A stretch of DNA of 59,266 bases, filler included. It is 6 parts of 6 records of this genome, joined end to end, with 100 filler letters (N's around TTAATTAATTAA, not from the genome) between each part and the next. Parts side by side here need not be neighbours in the genome. Positions count along the whole stretch, not along the records: positions 7,905 to 20,077 come from SRR2962707_4926; positions 20,178 to 29,454 come from SRR2962707_4928; 4 more parts are not named here. One strand, written 5' to 3'. Under the pieces are notes generated by a model. That model was not told the origin of the DNA. It did not search any database and saw only the letters and a list, made by a program, of their open reading frames with translations. Made by a program: the position numbers and the translations under genes. Numbering within the stretch: position 1 is the stretch's first letter; the number at the start of each line of letters is the position of its first letter. Below are positions 9,985 to 21,112 of this stretch, in pieces.

Positions 9985-11268
9985 ATGCTCGACAAGATCG
10001 AGAGCAAAGCAGACATCGCAGCCCTGATGGCCGACATCGGCTGCCGTGCGAAAGCTGCCGCGCGACCGCTGGCGATTGCCTCCACCGATCAGAAGAACGC
10101 CGCCCTGAACGCCATGGCCGACGCCATTTCCGCGCGCAGTGCAGACATTCTGGCCGCCAATGCCATTGATGTCGAAGCGGCCCTGAAAAGCGGCATGGCG
10201 GCATCCTTCGTCGATCGCCTGAAGCTTGATCCTGGCCGCATCGACGCAATCACTGCCGGCATCCGCGCCATTGCAGCACTGGCTGATCCCGTCGGCGATG
10301 TGATCGCCGCCTGGGACCGTCCCAACGGTCTCAAGATCGAGCGCGTCCGCACCCCGCTTGGTGTCATCGGCGTCATCTATGAAAGCCGCCCCAATGTCAC
10401 CGCAGACGCCGGCGCCCTGTGCCTCAAGGCCGGCAATGCCGTCATTCTGCGCGGCGGCTCGGATTCATTTCATTCCTCCCGCGCCATCCATGCCTGCCTG
10501 ACCGAGGGACTGGAAAGCGCCGGACTGCCCGCTGATGCCATCCAGATGATCCCGGTCTCCGATCGCGCCGCTGTCGGCGAACTGCTCACCGGCTTGAACG
10601 GTACGGTCGATGTCATCGTGCCACGCGGCGGCAAGAGCCTTGTCGCCCGGGTGCAATCCGATGCCCGCGTGCCGGTCTTCGCCCATCTCGAAGGCCTGTG
10701 CCACATCTATGTCGACAAATCCGCTGATCCCGCCATGGCCCGGGCCATCGTGGTCAACGCCAAGATGCGCCGCACCGGCATTTGCGGCGCCGCTGAAACA
10801 CTGCTGCTCGACAGCGCCATGGATCGCGGACTGGCTGCCGATATCCTCGCCGATCTGACTGCAGCCGGCTGCGAGGTCCATGGCGACAACGCTGTCATGG
10901 CGCTTCAACCCGAGGCAACGCTTGCCACCGAAGATGACTGGCGCACCGAATATCTCGACGCCATCATCGCCGCGCGCTTTGTCGACGGCATCGAGGGCGC
11001 CATCGCCCATATCGCCCAGTGGTCATCCAGCCACACAGAGGCGGTCATTGCCGAAGACGCGAGCGTTGTCGAACGCTTCTTCACGGAAGTTGATTCGGCC
11101 ATCCTGCTGCACAATGCCTCCACCCAGTTTGCCGATGGCGGCGAATTCGGCATGGGTGCGGAAATCGGCATCGCCACCGGCAAGATGCATGCCCGCGGCC
11201 CCGTTGGCGTCGAGCAACTGACCTCGTTCAAATACCGCGTACGCGGTACGGGCCAGATCCGGTCTTGA
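9985..11268 (+). CDS. proA: Gamma-glutamyl phosphate reductase
   Basis: 427 aa; [53 protein letters not shown]. Confidence 0.97.
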   Translation: MLDKIESKADIAALMADIGCRAKAAARPLAIASTDQKNAALNAMADAISARSADILAANAIDVEAALKSGMAASFVDRLKLDPGRIDAITAGIRAIAALADPVGDVIAAWDRPNGLKIERVRTPLGVIGVIYESRPNVTADAGALCLKAGNAVILRGGSDSFHSSRAIHACLTEGLESAGLPADAIQMIPVSDRAAVGELLTGLNGTVDVIVPRGGKSLVARVQSDARVPVFAHLEGLCHIYVDKSADPAMARAIVVNAKMRRTGICGAAETLLLDSAMDRGLAADILADLTAAGCEVHGDNAVMALQPEATLATEDDWRTEYLDAIIAARFVDGIEGAIAHIAQWSSSHTEAVIAEDASVVERFFTEVDSAILLHNASTQFADGGEFGMGAEIGIATGKMHARGPVGVEQLTSFKYRVRGTGQIRS

Positions 11269-11894
11269 ACGAACCGTTCGCCAGGTCCCCATCCTACCTC
11301 AGGATGCCTTACGTCGAGCAGGGTATGAGCGTCGGCCTGTTCGGCGGATCCTTCAATCCGCCGCATCTGGGCCACGAGCTGGTTGCCGAAATCGCACTCC
11401 GCCGTCTAGGCCTTGATCAGCTGTGGTGGATGGTGACACCGGGAAACCCGCTCAAGAACCACAATGAACTGGCAAGCCTTGATGAGCGCGTCGAGCTGAG
11501 CCGGCAGATGGCGCCAGGTCCGCGGGTCAAGGTCACCGCCTTCGAGGCTGCCCACGATCTGCATTACACCGCCCAGACGCTGGCCTTCGTCAAGGCGCGC
11601 AATCCCGGCGTCAATTTCGTCTGGATCATGGGCGCCGACAATCTCCGGCAATTCCACAAATGGCAGGACTGGCGCGCCATTGCCGAGACTTTCCCGATTG
11701 CGGTGATCGACAGGCCGGGCTCGACGCTGGCCTATCTGTCATCAAAAATGGCCAAGACCTTCAGCTATGCCCGGGTTGATGAGAACGACGCAGCGGTCCT
11801 TCCGTATCTCAAGGCGCCGGCCTGGACCTTCATCCATGGCCCCCGCTCATCGCTGTCCTCCAGCGCGATCCGCAGCGAGCGCAGCACGAATTAA
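11265..11894 (+). CDS. nadD: Nicotinate-nucleotide adenylyltransferase (start uncertain)
   Basis: [29 protein letters not shown]; conserved proA-nadD-rsfS-rlmH order. Confidence 0.95.
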   Translation: MNEPFARSPSYLRMPYVEQGMSVGLFGGSFNPPHLGHELVAEIALRRLGLDQLWWMVTPGNPLKNHNELASLDERVELSRQMAPGPRVKVTAFEAAHDLHYTAQTLAFVKARNPGVNFVWIMGADNLRQFHKWQDWRAIAETFPIAVIDRPGSTLAYLSSKMAKTFSYARVDENDAAVLPYLKAPAWTFIHGPRSSLSSSAIRSERSTN

Positions 11895-12006
11895 ACCGCC
11901 ACATCTTGAAAAACCGCAGGGTCCGTGACTATCTTTATGCTGCGCCGCAATCGATTTGTCGGTTGGGACGCTTGTTGGACTGTTCAGGACACGGAAAGGA
12001 ACCACT

Positions 12007-12420
12007 CTGAGAACAGAACACGCGAAGGGAAACGCCAAAAGCGATTTCTCCCAAGCCACGGGAAGCGGCGACCATTCCGCTTTGCGTCAGCTTACACTGG
12101 TCCGCGACAGCTTGGCGGACTCCAAGGCAGAAGACATCGTAGCCATCGACATCGCAGGCAAATCGGCGTTGGGCGACCATATGGTTGTCGCCTCCGGCCG
12201 GTCGAGCCGCCATGTCGCATCCATCTGCGATCGGCTGATCAGCGAACTCAAGGACGCCAACTTCGGCAATCCCCGGGTCGAGGGTCTGGCGACCGGCGAC
12301 TGGGTGCTGATTGATGCTGGCGATGTCATCATCCATGTTTTCCGCCCTGAAATCCGGGAATTCTACAACATCGAAAAGATGTGGCAGACCCCTGAACTCG
12401 ACGACGGAAAGCTGCACTGA
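12007..12420 (+). CDS. rsfS: Ribosome silencing factor RsfS (probable CTG start)
   Basis: DSKAEDIVAIDI, VASGRSSRHV, DWVLIDAGDVIIHVFRPEIREFYNIEKMW; RBS GGAAAGGA 6 nt before the CTG at 12007. Confidence 0.93.
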   Translation: MRTEHAKGNAKSDFSQATGSGDHSALRQLTLVRDSLADSKAEDIVAIDIAGKSALGDHMVVASGRSSRHVASICDRLISELKDANFGNPRVEGLATGDWVLIDAGDVIIHVFRPEIREFYNIEKMWQTPELDDGKLH

Positions 12421-12555
12421 CCACCTCGGCCTGATCGGCTTTTGCAGCTGTCAGGCCGGTTGGTTTTCACGATCAGGTTGGACGCCGCCCGGACATTCAT
12501 GGCGGGGCGGTCAACGGGCTGTTGCGCTGATCTCGGCACAGGAACGCAAGGCTCC

Positions 12556-13038
12556 ATGCGCATCACACTCTTTGCCGTCGGACGGCTCAAGTCAGGCCCC
12601 GAAAGCGAGCTTTCCAGCCGCTATCTTGATCGCTTCGCCAAGTCGGGCGGCGCGCTCGGGCTCGATTTCGCCAGGACCATCGAAGTCGCCGAAAGCCGCG
12701 CTTCCACCTCTGACCTGCGCAAGAAGGAAGAGGCGGCTCTCCTCATCAAGAACATGCCGGACGGCGCCGCTCTCATCCTTCTCGACGAGCGCGGCAAGAC
12801 ACCTGATTCGCCCGGTTTCGCTGACACGCTCGCTCGCCTCCGCGACGACGGCCGCCGCGATCTGGTGATCGCCATCGGTGGTGCCGACGGCCTGGATCCG
12901 GACTTGCACGCCAGGGCCGATGCCGTGATCTGCTTTGGCCGCATGACCTGGCCGCATCAGCTGGTGCGCATCATGGCCGCCGAACAGCTTTACCGCGCCG
13001 TGACCATTTTATCCGGCCACCCCTATCACCGGGCATAG
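12556..13038 (+). CDS. rlmH: 23S rRNA pseudouridine-1915 N3-methyltransferase
   Basis: Start moved to ATG 12556 (MRITLFAVGRLK); LDERGK, IGGADG, TWPHQLVR, EQLYRA, GHPYHR. Confidence 0.96.
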   Translation: MRITLFAVGRLKSGPESELSSRYLDRFAKSGGALGLDFARTIEVAESRASTSDLRKKEEAALLIKNMPDGAALILLDERGKTPDSPGFADTLARLRDDGRRDLVIAIGGADGLDPDLHARADAVICFGRMTWPHQLVRIMAAEQLYRAVTILSGHPYHRA

Positions 13039-13096
13039 TCCCTTGATGCTCTCCCCTGCATCTCTCGCAAAGATTTGATCGACCGGGACAATATGG

Positions 13097-13112
13097 TTCA
13101 TGGAGCGTTAAC
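13097..13112 (+). promoter_or_regulatory. Candidate CtrA box upstream of the envC-ctpA operon
   Basis: TTCA-TGGAGCG-TTAAC, one mismatch to TTAA-N7-TTAAC. Confidence 0.4.
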
Positions 13113-13135
13113 GCGAAATTCGCTAGGGTGACGCC

Positions 13136-14584
13136 ATGTGGAGCCCCCAACCCGTGCAGACAATGCCCAGCGCAGCAACAGCTGTGATCCGCCGTGGCAT
13201 GTCCGGCAACAGGGCGCTGGCCACATCTTTGGCCCTCTGTCTCATGGTCCCTTTGCTGTTACTGGCGGACGGCGCGCACCCCGCTCACGCAACTGACGCA
13301 ACCGAGACGGACGCCGCCGACAGCAGCGCCACCGTTCTTGAGCAGGAACAGCAAGCCAGCCGGCTGGAACTGCAGTCCGTCGCCGACGAGGCCGCACTTG
13401 CGGCAAAGGCGCTTTCCGCGCTGGAGTCCGACATCACAGCCCTTCGTGCCGACCAGCAGGAACTTGACAGCAAGATCGCTGAAACCGCAGCCAGACGAGC
13501 CGAGCTGGACCAGAAGATCGCTGCCGGCGAACAGTCCATGACCGGGCTCTCGGAACGTCAGGACTCGGTCCGCCTGTCTCTCATTTCCCGCAGATCTGTT
13601 CTCGCCGAGATTCTTGCCGCCCTGCAACGGATCGGGCGCGACCCACCGCCGGCCTTGCTGGTCACCCCCGAGGACGCGCTGTCCTCGGTCAGAAGTGCCA
13701 TTCTGCTGGGCGCTGTGGTGCCGGAAATTCGCGCCGAGACGGAGGCCCTTGCAGCCGATCTGAAAGAACTGGCAACCTTGCGGCAGGCGATTGCCGCCGA
13801 GCGTCTGTCTCTTGCCTCGGCACTGGAAAAAAACGCTGAAGAAGAGCAACGGCTTGCCAGTCTCGCGTCGGAAAAGGCAGCTCTTCAGGAAGAAAGCTCG
13901 CGACGCCTCGAGCGTGAACGCCAACGCGCTGAAGCGCTGTCAGTCCGTTCCAGCGAACTCGAATCAGTCATCACCACGCTTGCCGATGAAATCGTTGCTC
14001 TCAAGCAAGCTGCAGAGGCCGCGCGCAAGGTCGAAGAGGAACGTCAGCGCCAACTGGCCGAACAGCTGGAACGGGCCCGCGCCTTCGCCGCCGTCGCTGT
14101 GCCTGACAAAAACCGCATTATGCCCGCATATGCATTCTCGAAACTCACCGGGACGCTGGCCCTGCCGACACTTGGCGAAACGGTGCGCTATTTCGGTGCG
14201 GACGACGGCACCGGCCACACTCTGGCAGGCGAAGTTCTGGCCACGGAAAAGGGCGCCACTGTCTCAGCCCCGGCTGATGGCTGGGTCGCCTATGCCGGAC
14301 CGTTCCGCAGCTATGGCCAGGTGGTGATTATCGATACCGGCGAAAACCACCACGTGGTGTTGGCCGGAATGGAGAAGATCAAAGTCTCTGCCGGGCGATT
14401 TGTTGTAGCCGGCGAGCCTTTGGCGACAATGGGGCAGACGAGATTTGCAGGTTCGGCGGCTTTGTCGCTGGCATCCGAGCGTCCGACGCTCTACATTGAG
14501 ATCAGAAAAGACGGTCAACCGGTCGACCCGCGATCGTGGTGGAAAGACGATATGTCTTCGAGAAAGGCAAGCAATGATACGTAA
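13136..14584 (+). CDS. envC: Murein hydrolase activator EnvC family (coiled coil plus degenerate M23 domain); start may be at a downstream ATG
   Basis: Signal/TM segment, long coiled coil, C-terminal APADGWVAYAGPFRSYGQVVII..LYIEIRKDGQPVDP; directly upstream of an S41 peptidase. Confidence 0.88.
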   Translation: MWSPQPVQTMPSAATAVIRRGMSGNRALATSLALCLMVPLLLLADGAHPAHATDATETDAADSSATVLEQEQQASRLELQSVADEAALAAKALSALESDITALRADQQELDSKIAETAARRAELDQKIAAGEQSMTGLSERQDSVRLSLISRRSVLAEILAALQRIGRDPPPALLVTPEDALSSVRSAILLGAVVPEIRAETEALAADLKELATLRQAIAAERLSLASALEKNAEEEQRLASLASEKAALQEESSRRLERERQRAEALSVRSSELESVITTLADEIVALKQAAEAARKVEEERQRQLAEQLERARAFAAVAVPDKNRIMPAYAFSKLTGTLALPTLGETVRYFGADDGTGHTLAGEVLATEKGATVSAPADGWVAYAGPFRSYGQVVIIDTGENHHVVLAGMEKIKVSAGRFVVAGEPLATMGQTRFAGSAALSLASERPTLYIEIRKDGQPVDPRSWWKDDMSSRKASNDT

Positions 14585-15896
14585 GGTGACACTTCTGACG
14601 GTTGGCGCATTGATGGGCGCAACGGCCGTGAGCGCGATCAACTCCTATGGTGGTTCGGCCAACGCGGCCGGAACCGAGACCTACCGGCAGCTTGCCATCT
14701 TCGGCAACGTCTTCGAACGGGTGCGCGCCCAGTACGTGACGCCGCCGGAAGAAGACAAGCTGATTGAAAATGCCATCAATGGCATGCTGACCTCTCTGGA
14801 CCCGCATTCGAGCTACCTTAACCAGGAAGCTGCAGATGACATGCGGACCCAGACGCGCGGTGAATTCGGCGGTCTCGGCATCGAGGTCACGATGGAAGAT
14901 GAGCTGGTCAAGGTCATCACCCCCATCGATGAGACACCAGCCGCCCGTGCTGGCGTTCTGGCCGGTGACTTCATTTCCGAGATTGACGGCGAGGCCGTGC
15001 GCGGCCTGTCGCTCGGCGAAGCGGTCGACAAGATGCGCGGCCCGGTCAACACCGCAATCGAGCTGACTGTGCTGCGTGAAGGCGCCGATCAACCCATCAA
15101 GATCAAGGTCGTCCGCGACATCATCGCGGTCAAGGCCGTCCGCTTCCGGACCGAGGAAGATGTCGGCTATCTCCGGGTGATTTCTTTCACCGAGAAAACC
15201 TATGACGATCTCTCCGACGCGATCGACAAGATCACCGACGAAGTCGGCAAGGACAAGCTCAAGGGCTTCGTGCTCGATCTCCGGCTCAACCCGGGCGGTC
15301 TGCTCGATCAGGCGATCAGCGTTTCCGACGCTTTCCTTGATCGCGGTGAAATCGTCTCGACCCGTGGCCGCAATCCGGAAGAAACCCGGCGCTTCAACTC
15401 CCGTCCGGGAGATCTGGTCGGCGGCAAGCCGGTGATCGTTCTGATCAATGGCGGTTCGGCGTCTGCGTCTGAAATCGTCGCCGGTGCGCTGCAGGATCAC
15501 AAGCGCGCCACGGTTCTGGGCACACGCTCATTCGGCAAGGGATCGGTCCAGACCATCATCCCGCTGGATGCGAAAACCGCTCTCCGCCTGACCACCGCGC
15601 TGTATTACACGCCGTCGGGCACGTCGATCCAGGGTACCGGCATTAAGCCTGATATCCGCGTCGAGGAGCCGGTTCCGGAAGAACTCCGCGGCCGCGTCAA
15701 ACCTTCGGGCGAAAGCGAGCTTCGCGGTCATATCCAGGGCGAGAACGAGGACGACGAAGGTTCAGGCTCGATTGCCTATGTTCCGCCGGATCCGAAGGAC
15801 GACGTCCAGCTCGGCTATGCGCTGGATCTGCTGCGCGGCGTCAAGACCGACCCGGCGTTCCCGCCCAGCCCCGATCAGGCATCGAACAAGAACTGA
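14574..15896 (+). CDS. ctpA: Carboxy-terminal processing protease (S41A, PDZ)
   Basis: Start moved to ATG 14574 (MIRKVTLL, signal peptide, RBS GAAAGG); LDPHSSY, GGLGIEV, DLRLNPGGLL, SASASEIVAGALQD, SFGKGSVQT. Confidence 0.95.
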   Translation: MIRKVTLLTVGALMGATAVSAINSYGGSANAAGTETYRQLAIFGNVFERVRAQYVTPPEEDKLIENAINGMLTSLDPHSSYLNQEAADDMRTQTRGEFGGLGIEVTMEDELVKVITPIDETPAARAGVLAGDFISEIDGEAVRGLSLGEAVDKMRGPVNTAIELTVLREGADQPIKIKVVRDIIAVKAVRFRTEEDVGYLRVISFTEKTYDDLSDAIDKITDEVGKDKLKGFVLDLRLNPGGLLDQAISVSDAFLDRGEIVSTRGRNPEETRRFNSRPGDLVGGKPVIVLINGGSASASEIVAGALQDHKRATVLGTRSFGKGSVQTIIPLDAKTALRLTTALYYTPSGTSIQGTGIKPDIRVEEPVPEELRGRVKPSGESELRGHIQGENEDDEGSGSIAYVPPDPKDDVQLGYALDLLRGVKTDPAFPPSPDQASNKN

Positions 15897-15908
15897 CGCA
15901 GCTTTGTC

Positions 15909-15958
15909 CGCCGCCCCGCATGCACCAGCCCCCGCGCTGGCTTGCATGCGGGGCGGCG
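15909..15958. other. Long perfect intergenic hairpin
   Basis: CGCCGCCCCGCATGCA...TGCATGCGGGGCGGCG, 16-bp perfect stem with an inner CCAGC/GCTGG stem; no U-tract. Confidence 0.7.
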
Positions 15959-16000
15959 AACTGATTCATTCAGGCCGTATCGGGATTCGGACAGAAGATC

Positions 16001-17245
16001 GTGGGCGACAAGATCCATCAACCGCTGGGACAGCACCGCAAGCCGGGGAGAAATCCAGCCGGCAGGCCGAAACGTGCCTGGACGACCCTGCTGCTCACCT
16101 CGGCTTCGATGTGTCTAGTAATCGGCGGAGCCGCCTGGATGGCTCTCTCCGGCGCTCAAATCAAAACCGGCGATACGGTTGTCTTGCTCGACCGGCCTGA
16201 GACCACCGAACCTGAAAACCCCATTGACGCCACCCCGGATCCCCAGCAGCAAACCGAACCCGACGGGGCAGATCCCGTGTCCGGCGCCGACGGCGCGCTC
16301 AAAACGCTTCATGGCCAGTCCGGCGCCGATGTGGCCACCACGCTTGGTGAGGACGGCGAGGAGATCAACAAGATCACCCCGGTCAAGCGCCCGGACAACC
16401 GGCCGGTGCTGCTCAATCCGCCCGGACGGGTGGGCCAGAATTCGCATCTGGCGCATTTGCCCGATCCTGCGGTCATCGAGGACACTCAGGAAGGCCGCCT
16501 GCCGGTGCGTGGCGCCAATGGCGAGCGCGCCTTCGATATCTATGCACGACCCTGGTCCGGCGCCCGTGGCGCGCGTGTGGCCATCATTGTTGGCGGGCTC
16601 GGTCTCAGCCAGACCGGATCGCAACATGCGATCAAGACACTTCCGGAAGATGTCACGCTTGCCTTTGCCTCCAATGGCAACAGCCTGCAGCGCTGGATGC
16701 AGGAGGCCCGCCGCCAGGGCCATGAAATCCTGCTTCAGGTTCCATTTGAGCCTTACGATTATCCCGCCAATGACCCCGGTGCAGGCACCCTGACCGTTGC
16801 GGCCGGCGAGGATGCCAATCTCGCAGACCTGCACACCGCCATGGCCCGCATCACCAATTACACCGGCATCACGAATTTCATGGGCGGACGCTTTCTGGCT
16901 GATCCCGATGCGCTGGAGCCTATCATGCGCGACCTTGCCGAACGGGGCATTATGTTTGTTGACGACGGCACATCCGCCCGGTCTCTGACCGGACAATTCG
17001 CCAAAACGCTTGGCATACCCTTCGCCGCATCCGACATGGTACTCGACGCGACACAAGAGCGAGGGTACATTCTTTCGAAGTTGGATGAATTGGAGCGCGT
17101 AGCCAGACGGAACGGCACTGCCGTGGGGGTAGCGTCAGCCTTTGAGGTGAGCGTCGACGCTATCGCCACCTGGGCCGAAGAAGCCAAGGCGCGCGGCATA
17201 GAAATTGTCTCCGCCTCGGCCGTCGCCGACGATCCGGAAAGATAG
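16001..17245 (+). CDS. Divergent polysaccharide deacetylase family protein (YibQ-like)
   Basis: 414 aa; N-terminal [37 protein letters not shown]; usual envC-ctpA-yibQ synteny. Confidence 0.88.
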   Translation: MGDKIHQPLGQHRKPGRNPAGRPKRAWTTLLLTSASMCLVIGGAAWMALSGAQIKTGDTVVLLDRPETTEPENPIDATPDPQQQTEPDGADPVSGADGALKTLHGQSGADVATTLGEDGEEINKITPVKRPDNRPVLLNPPGRVGQNSHLAHLPDPAVIEDTQEGRLPVRGANGERAFDIYARPWSGARGARVAIIVGGLGLSQTGSQHAIKTLPEDVTLAFASNGNSLQRWMQEARRQGHEILLQVPFEPYDYPANDPGAGTLTVAAGEDANLADLHTAMARITNYTGITNFMGGRFLADPDALEPIMRDLAERGIMFVDDGTSARSLTGQFAKTLGIPFAASDMVLDATQERGYILSKLDELERVARRNGTAVGVASAFEVSVDAIATWAEEAKARGIEIVSASAVADDPER

Positions 17246-17256
17246 ACAGGGAAACC

Positions 17257-17793
17257 ATGGCCAGCAAGAATGCACGCAAAGCCGACGCCGACAACCTTCC
17301 CTATCGGCTTTGCGTCGGCGTCATGGTGCTCAACAGTGATGGCCTTGTCTGGACCGGCAGGCGCATTGCCGAAGGCAACACCGAATATGACGGGTCGCCG
17401 CAGCTCTGGCAGATGCCCCAGGGTGGCATAGACGACGACGAAGTGCCCTATGCGGCAGCCCTTCGCGAACTCTACGAGGAAACCGGCATGCGCACGGTGG
17501 AATTGCTCGCCGAAGCGCCTGACTGGATTGATTACGACCTTCCAGAACACCTCATCGGTATCGGCTTGAAGGGAAAGTTTCGCGGTCAACGTCAACGCTG
17601 GTTCGCCATGCGCTTTACCGGCAGCGAAACGGAAATCAGCATCAACCCTCCGCCCGGTGGCCACCAGCCCGAATTTGATGCCTGGGAGTGGAAGCCGATG
17701 CAGGATCTGCCCGGCCTGATTGTTCCCTTCAAGCGCAAGGCCTACGATCAGGTTGTTGCAGCCTTCGCACATTTGGCAGGCGTCGGGACATGA
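17257..17793 (+). CDS. rppH: RNA pyrophosphohydrolase (Nudix)
   Basis: [15 protein letters not shown], Nudix box [26 protein letters not shown]. Confidence 0.95.
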   Translation: MASKNARKADADNLPYRLCVGVMVLNSDGLVWTGRRIAEGNTEYDGSPQLWQMPQGGIDDDEVPYAAALRELYEETGMRTVELLAEAPDWIDYDLPEHLIGIGLKGKFRGQRQRWFAMRFTGSETEISINPPPGGHQPEFDAWEWKPMQDLPGLIVPFKRKAYDQVVAAFAHLAGVGT

Positions 17794-18494
17794 GACTTAT
17801 CGGGTTGTTGGGCGGCCTCGGCTGGGAATCCACTTCCCTCTACTATCGCTTGCTGAACGAATTCACTCAGCGGCAACTCGGTGAGCACCAGGCAGCACGC
17901 ATTCTCCTGCATTCCGTCAACTATGGCGTCGTCAGCGATGCCATTAACAAGGGTGATGTTGATCAGGTCATATCCGTTCTATCCGACGCCGGGCGCAGCC
18001 TGAAGGACGGAGGCGCGGATTTCATGGTGCTGGCAAGCAATTCGATGCACCAGTACGCAGAAGAGATCGAGCGCGCTTGCGGCTTGGAATTGCTGCATAT
18101 CTCTGACCCGATCAGCACAGAAGTTCGACAGGCCGGGCACCAGCGGGTAGCCTTGCTTGGCACGCGGCGGACAATGGAGGGAGCCTTTTACTCTGAACGC
18201 TTGCAGACACATGCCGGCGCCGAGGTAATTGCACCGGAATTGAGCGAACGGTTAGAGGTCGATCGCGTCATCTTTGAGGAACTTGCCAGGGGCGTGATGC
18301 GGACCGGTTCTCGCGAATTCATCGGAGAACTGATCCGCAAACTGTGTAATCGCGGCGCCGAGGCTGTGGTTCTTGGCTGCTCCGAATTGACCAGCATCAT
18401 TACACCTGCACGCGATGCCATACAGTTCTACGACACAACCCGGCTCCATGCCAAAGCCGCCGTCAAACGCGCACTGGAAGTGACCTATGCCTGA
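17790..18494 (+). CDS. Asp/Glu racemase family protein (YgeA/RacX-like)
   Basis: Start moved to ATG 17790 (ATGA overlap with rppH): [45 protein letters not shown]; 234 aa. Confidence 0.9.
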   Translation: MRLIGLLGGLGWESTSLYYRLLNEFTQRQLGEHQAARILLHSVNYGVVSDAINKGDVDQVISVLSDAGRSLKDGGADFMVLASNSMHQYAEEIERACGLELLHISDPISTEVRQAGHQRVALLGTRRTMEGAFYSERLQTHAGAEVIAPELSERLEVDRVIFEELARGVMRTGSREFIGELIRKLCNRGAEAVVLGCSELTSIITPARDAIQFYDTTRLHAKAAVKRALEVTYA

Positions 18495-19020
18495 GACCAG
18501 GAGCATTGCCGCCAAGGCACTGTATCGCAAGAGTACCGCTCACGACCTTCCAGCCATTCGCCAATTGGAGGTCCTGAGCAACCTTGCAGGAGACGCCGGT
18601 CTTGCCGAAGCGCTTCTCTCTGCTCCCATAGACACCCTGTCATTCGTGGCAGAGCTCAAGGGCGAGGTTGTCGGGCATATCCTGCTAACGGCCATTGCCG
18701 GGCCGGAAAAGGCCTTGGCACTGGCTCCGCTGGCCATCCTGCCCGCCTGGCGAGACATGCAGATCGGCACAGAACTTGTTCGCCATGCGCTTCATGTAGC
18801 GCGGGAGCAGGGCTGGAAGTCGGTATTCGTTTACGGCCAGCCCGACTACTATTGCCGCTTCGGGTTCAAATCCCGCACTGCAGATGCAGCCTATACGTCA
18901 CTGCAGGGACCACGTTTTCTGGCGTTGGAACTGACCACCGGTGCCCTCAGCGGCTGGTCCGGTCCTCTGGACTATCCTGATGCATTTCTTCAGCGTTTTG
19001 CCGGCAACCCGCCGGCCTGA
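18487..19020 (+). CDS. GNAT N-acetyltransferase (YhbS-like)
   Basis: VVGHILL, LALAPLAILPAWRDMQIGTELV, VYGQPDYYCRFGF; overlaps the racemase stop. Confidence 0.88.
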   Translation: MPETRSIAAKALYRKSTAHDLPAIRQLEVLSNLAGDAGLAEALLSAPIDTLSFVAELKGEVVGHILLTAIAGPEKALALAPLAILPAWRDMQIGTELVRHALHVAREQGWKSVFVYGQPDYYCRFGFKSRTADAAYTSLQGPRFLALELTTGALSGWSGPLDYPDAFLQRFAGNPPA

Positions 19021-19050
19021 AGCGGCGCCCCATCTGGAGTTAGCCGATAC

Positions 19051-19084
19051 AAAAAAGGCGACCCGAAGGCCGCCTGACTTTTTG
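19051..19084 (-). terminator. Rho-independent terminator of the atp operon (probably bidirectional)
   Basis: Minus strand AGGCGGCC-TTCG-GGTCGCCT-TTTTT; a T-run also follows on the + strand. Confidence 0.8.
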
Positions 19085-19101
19085 ATACAACCGCGTTTAG
19101 A

Positions 19102-19500
19102 CTAGATCGCAGCTTCCAGCGTTGTCAGGTGATCGAGATATTCCTGCGCCTTCTGCTTGGCTGCATCGTTGGATGCATCGGTAACGTCCTCGCGGGCGTC
19201 CTGGATCCGCTGGGTCAGGTTGCTCCGGTCGATATCGGAAACCGCAACCGCCGATTCTGCCAGCAGTGTACAACCTTCAGGCAGGATGTCGGCAAAACCG
19301 CCAAACACCACAAACCGGTCGTTCTTGCCGTCGGCTGTCACCACAGTGACGACGCCCGGCTTGACCGTGGTCATGGTCGGTGCGTGATGTGCCATCACCG
19401 TCATTTCACCGTCGGTGCCCGGAAGCACGACTTCGGTCACGGTTGCCGACAAAAGCAACCGCTCGGGAGATACGAGTTCAAAATTGAAGCTGTCAGCCAT
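19102..19500 (-). CDS. atpC: F0F1 ATP synthase epsilon subunit
   Basis: Start moved to MADSFNFELVSPERLL; GEMTVMAHHAP, VVFGGFADI; follows atpD. Confidence 0.96.
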   Translation of the reverse strand: MADSFNFELVSPERLLLSATVTEVVLPGTDGEMTVMAHHAPTMTTVKPGVVTVVTADGKNDRFVVFGGFADILPEGCTLLAESAVAVSDIDRSNLTQRIQDAREDVTDASNDAAKQKAQEYLDHLTTLEAAI

Positions 19501-19578
19501 GACGTTCACTTTATCGCAGTGCTGTTCGGGTGCACCGCGCAGATCGGCCAAGACCGGTCTGCGCGGGCAATTTCATGA

Positions 19579-20077
<499 letters not shown>

Positions 20078-20177
20078 NNNNNNNNNNNNNNNNNNNNNNN
20101 NNNNNNNNNNNNNNNNNNNNNTTAATTAATTAANNNNNNNNNNNNNNNNNNNNNNNNNNNNNNNNNNNNNNNNNNNN
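20078..20177. other. Artificial contig linker
   Basis: N44-TTAATTAATTAA-N44. Confidence 0.99.
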
Positions 20178-21017
20178 GATAAAGAACACCTGAACACAGG
20201 CCTGCCCCTGCGCCATGTGCAAGGCGATGATGTCAGCCTCGGACACCCCTTGCGGGTTGATCCCCTGCGCCGTCTGCACCTGTGTCAGCGCCTTGATCCG
20301 GTCGCGCAACGCGGCCGCGCGTTCAAACTCCATCTCTTCTGACGCCTTGGCCATTTCGGCGGCAAGCCTGCCTTGAATGTCCGTGGATTTACCATTCAGA
20401 AACTTCTGCGCGTCCTGAACGGTTTTTTGGTATTCCTCGGGGCTGATCTTGCCCACACACGGGGCCGAGCACCGTTTGATCTGATGTTGCAAACACGGAC
20501 GCGTCCGGCTTTCGAACATCGCATTGGAACAGTCGCGCAACAAGAACACCCGCTGCAACTGATTCAGCGTGCGGTTCACAGCCCCCGCGCTGGCAAAGGG
20601 CCCGTAATAGCTGCCCTTTTCCTTCTTCGCGCCGCGATGCTTTTTAATCTGCGGATAGTCCTGATCGTCGGTAACGAGGATATTGGGAAAGCTTTTATCA
20701 TCCCGCAGCAGAACGTTAAATTTGGGCTTTAGCTGCTTGATCAGATTCTGTTCCAGCAGCAACGCTTCGGTTTCGGTTTTGGTCGTCAGAAACATCATCG
20801 ATGCGGTGTTCGATATCATCCGCGTGATGCGCCCCGAATGCCCCGACGGCCGCGCATAGTTGCTGACCCGCGCCCGCAGGTTGCGCGCCTTGCCCACGTA
20901 TAAAACCCGGCTTTCGGAATCCAGCATGCGGTACACCCCCGGAGACCCGTCAATGGTCTTCAGGTAGCTTTGAATGACCTCATAGCCGGTCTTTGGTGTT
21001 TCAGATCTATCCGTCAT
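20178..21017 (-). CDS. uvrC: Excinuclease ABC subunit C (3'-truncated by contig edge)
   Basis: GIY-YIG region [35 protein letters not shown], Cys cluster, UVR domain [11 protein letters not shown]. Confidence 0.97.
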
Positions 21018-21091
21018 CGATTCGCTAATCTCTGGCTCTCGTGCTGCAATGGTTGGGCATCAGGGACAAGGTAAAACATACCCCCGACTCC

Positions 21092-21112
21092 TGTGGATAA
21101 CCTTGCAGATAA
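21092..21112. promoter_or_regulatory. DnaA box plus a degenerate tandem copy upstream of uvrC
   Basis: TGTGGATAA (reverse complement of TTATCCACA) at 21092-21100 and TGCAGATAA at 21104-21112. Confidence 0.55.

Noticed and set aside
14200..14584. M23 domain lacking zinc-ligand histidines
   Set aside because: Expected for EnvC-type activators, which are catalytically inactive.
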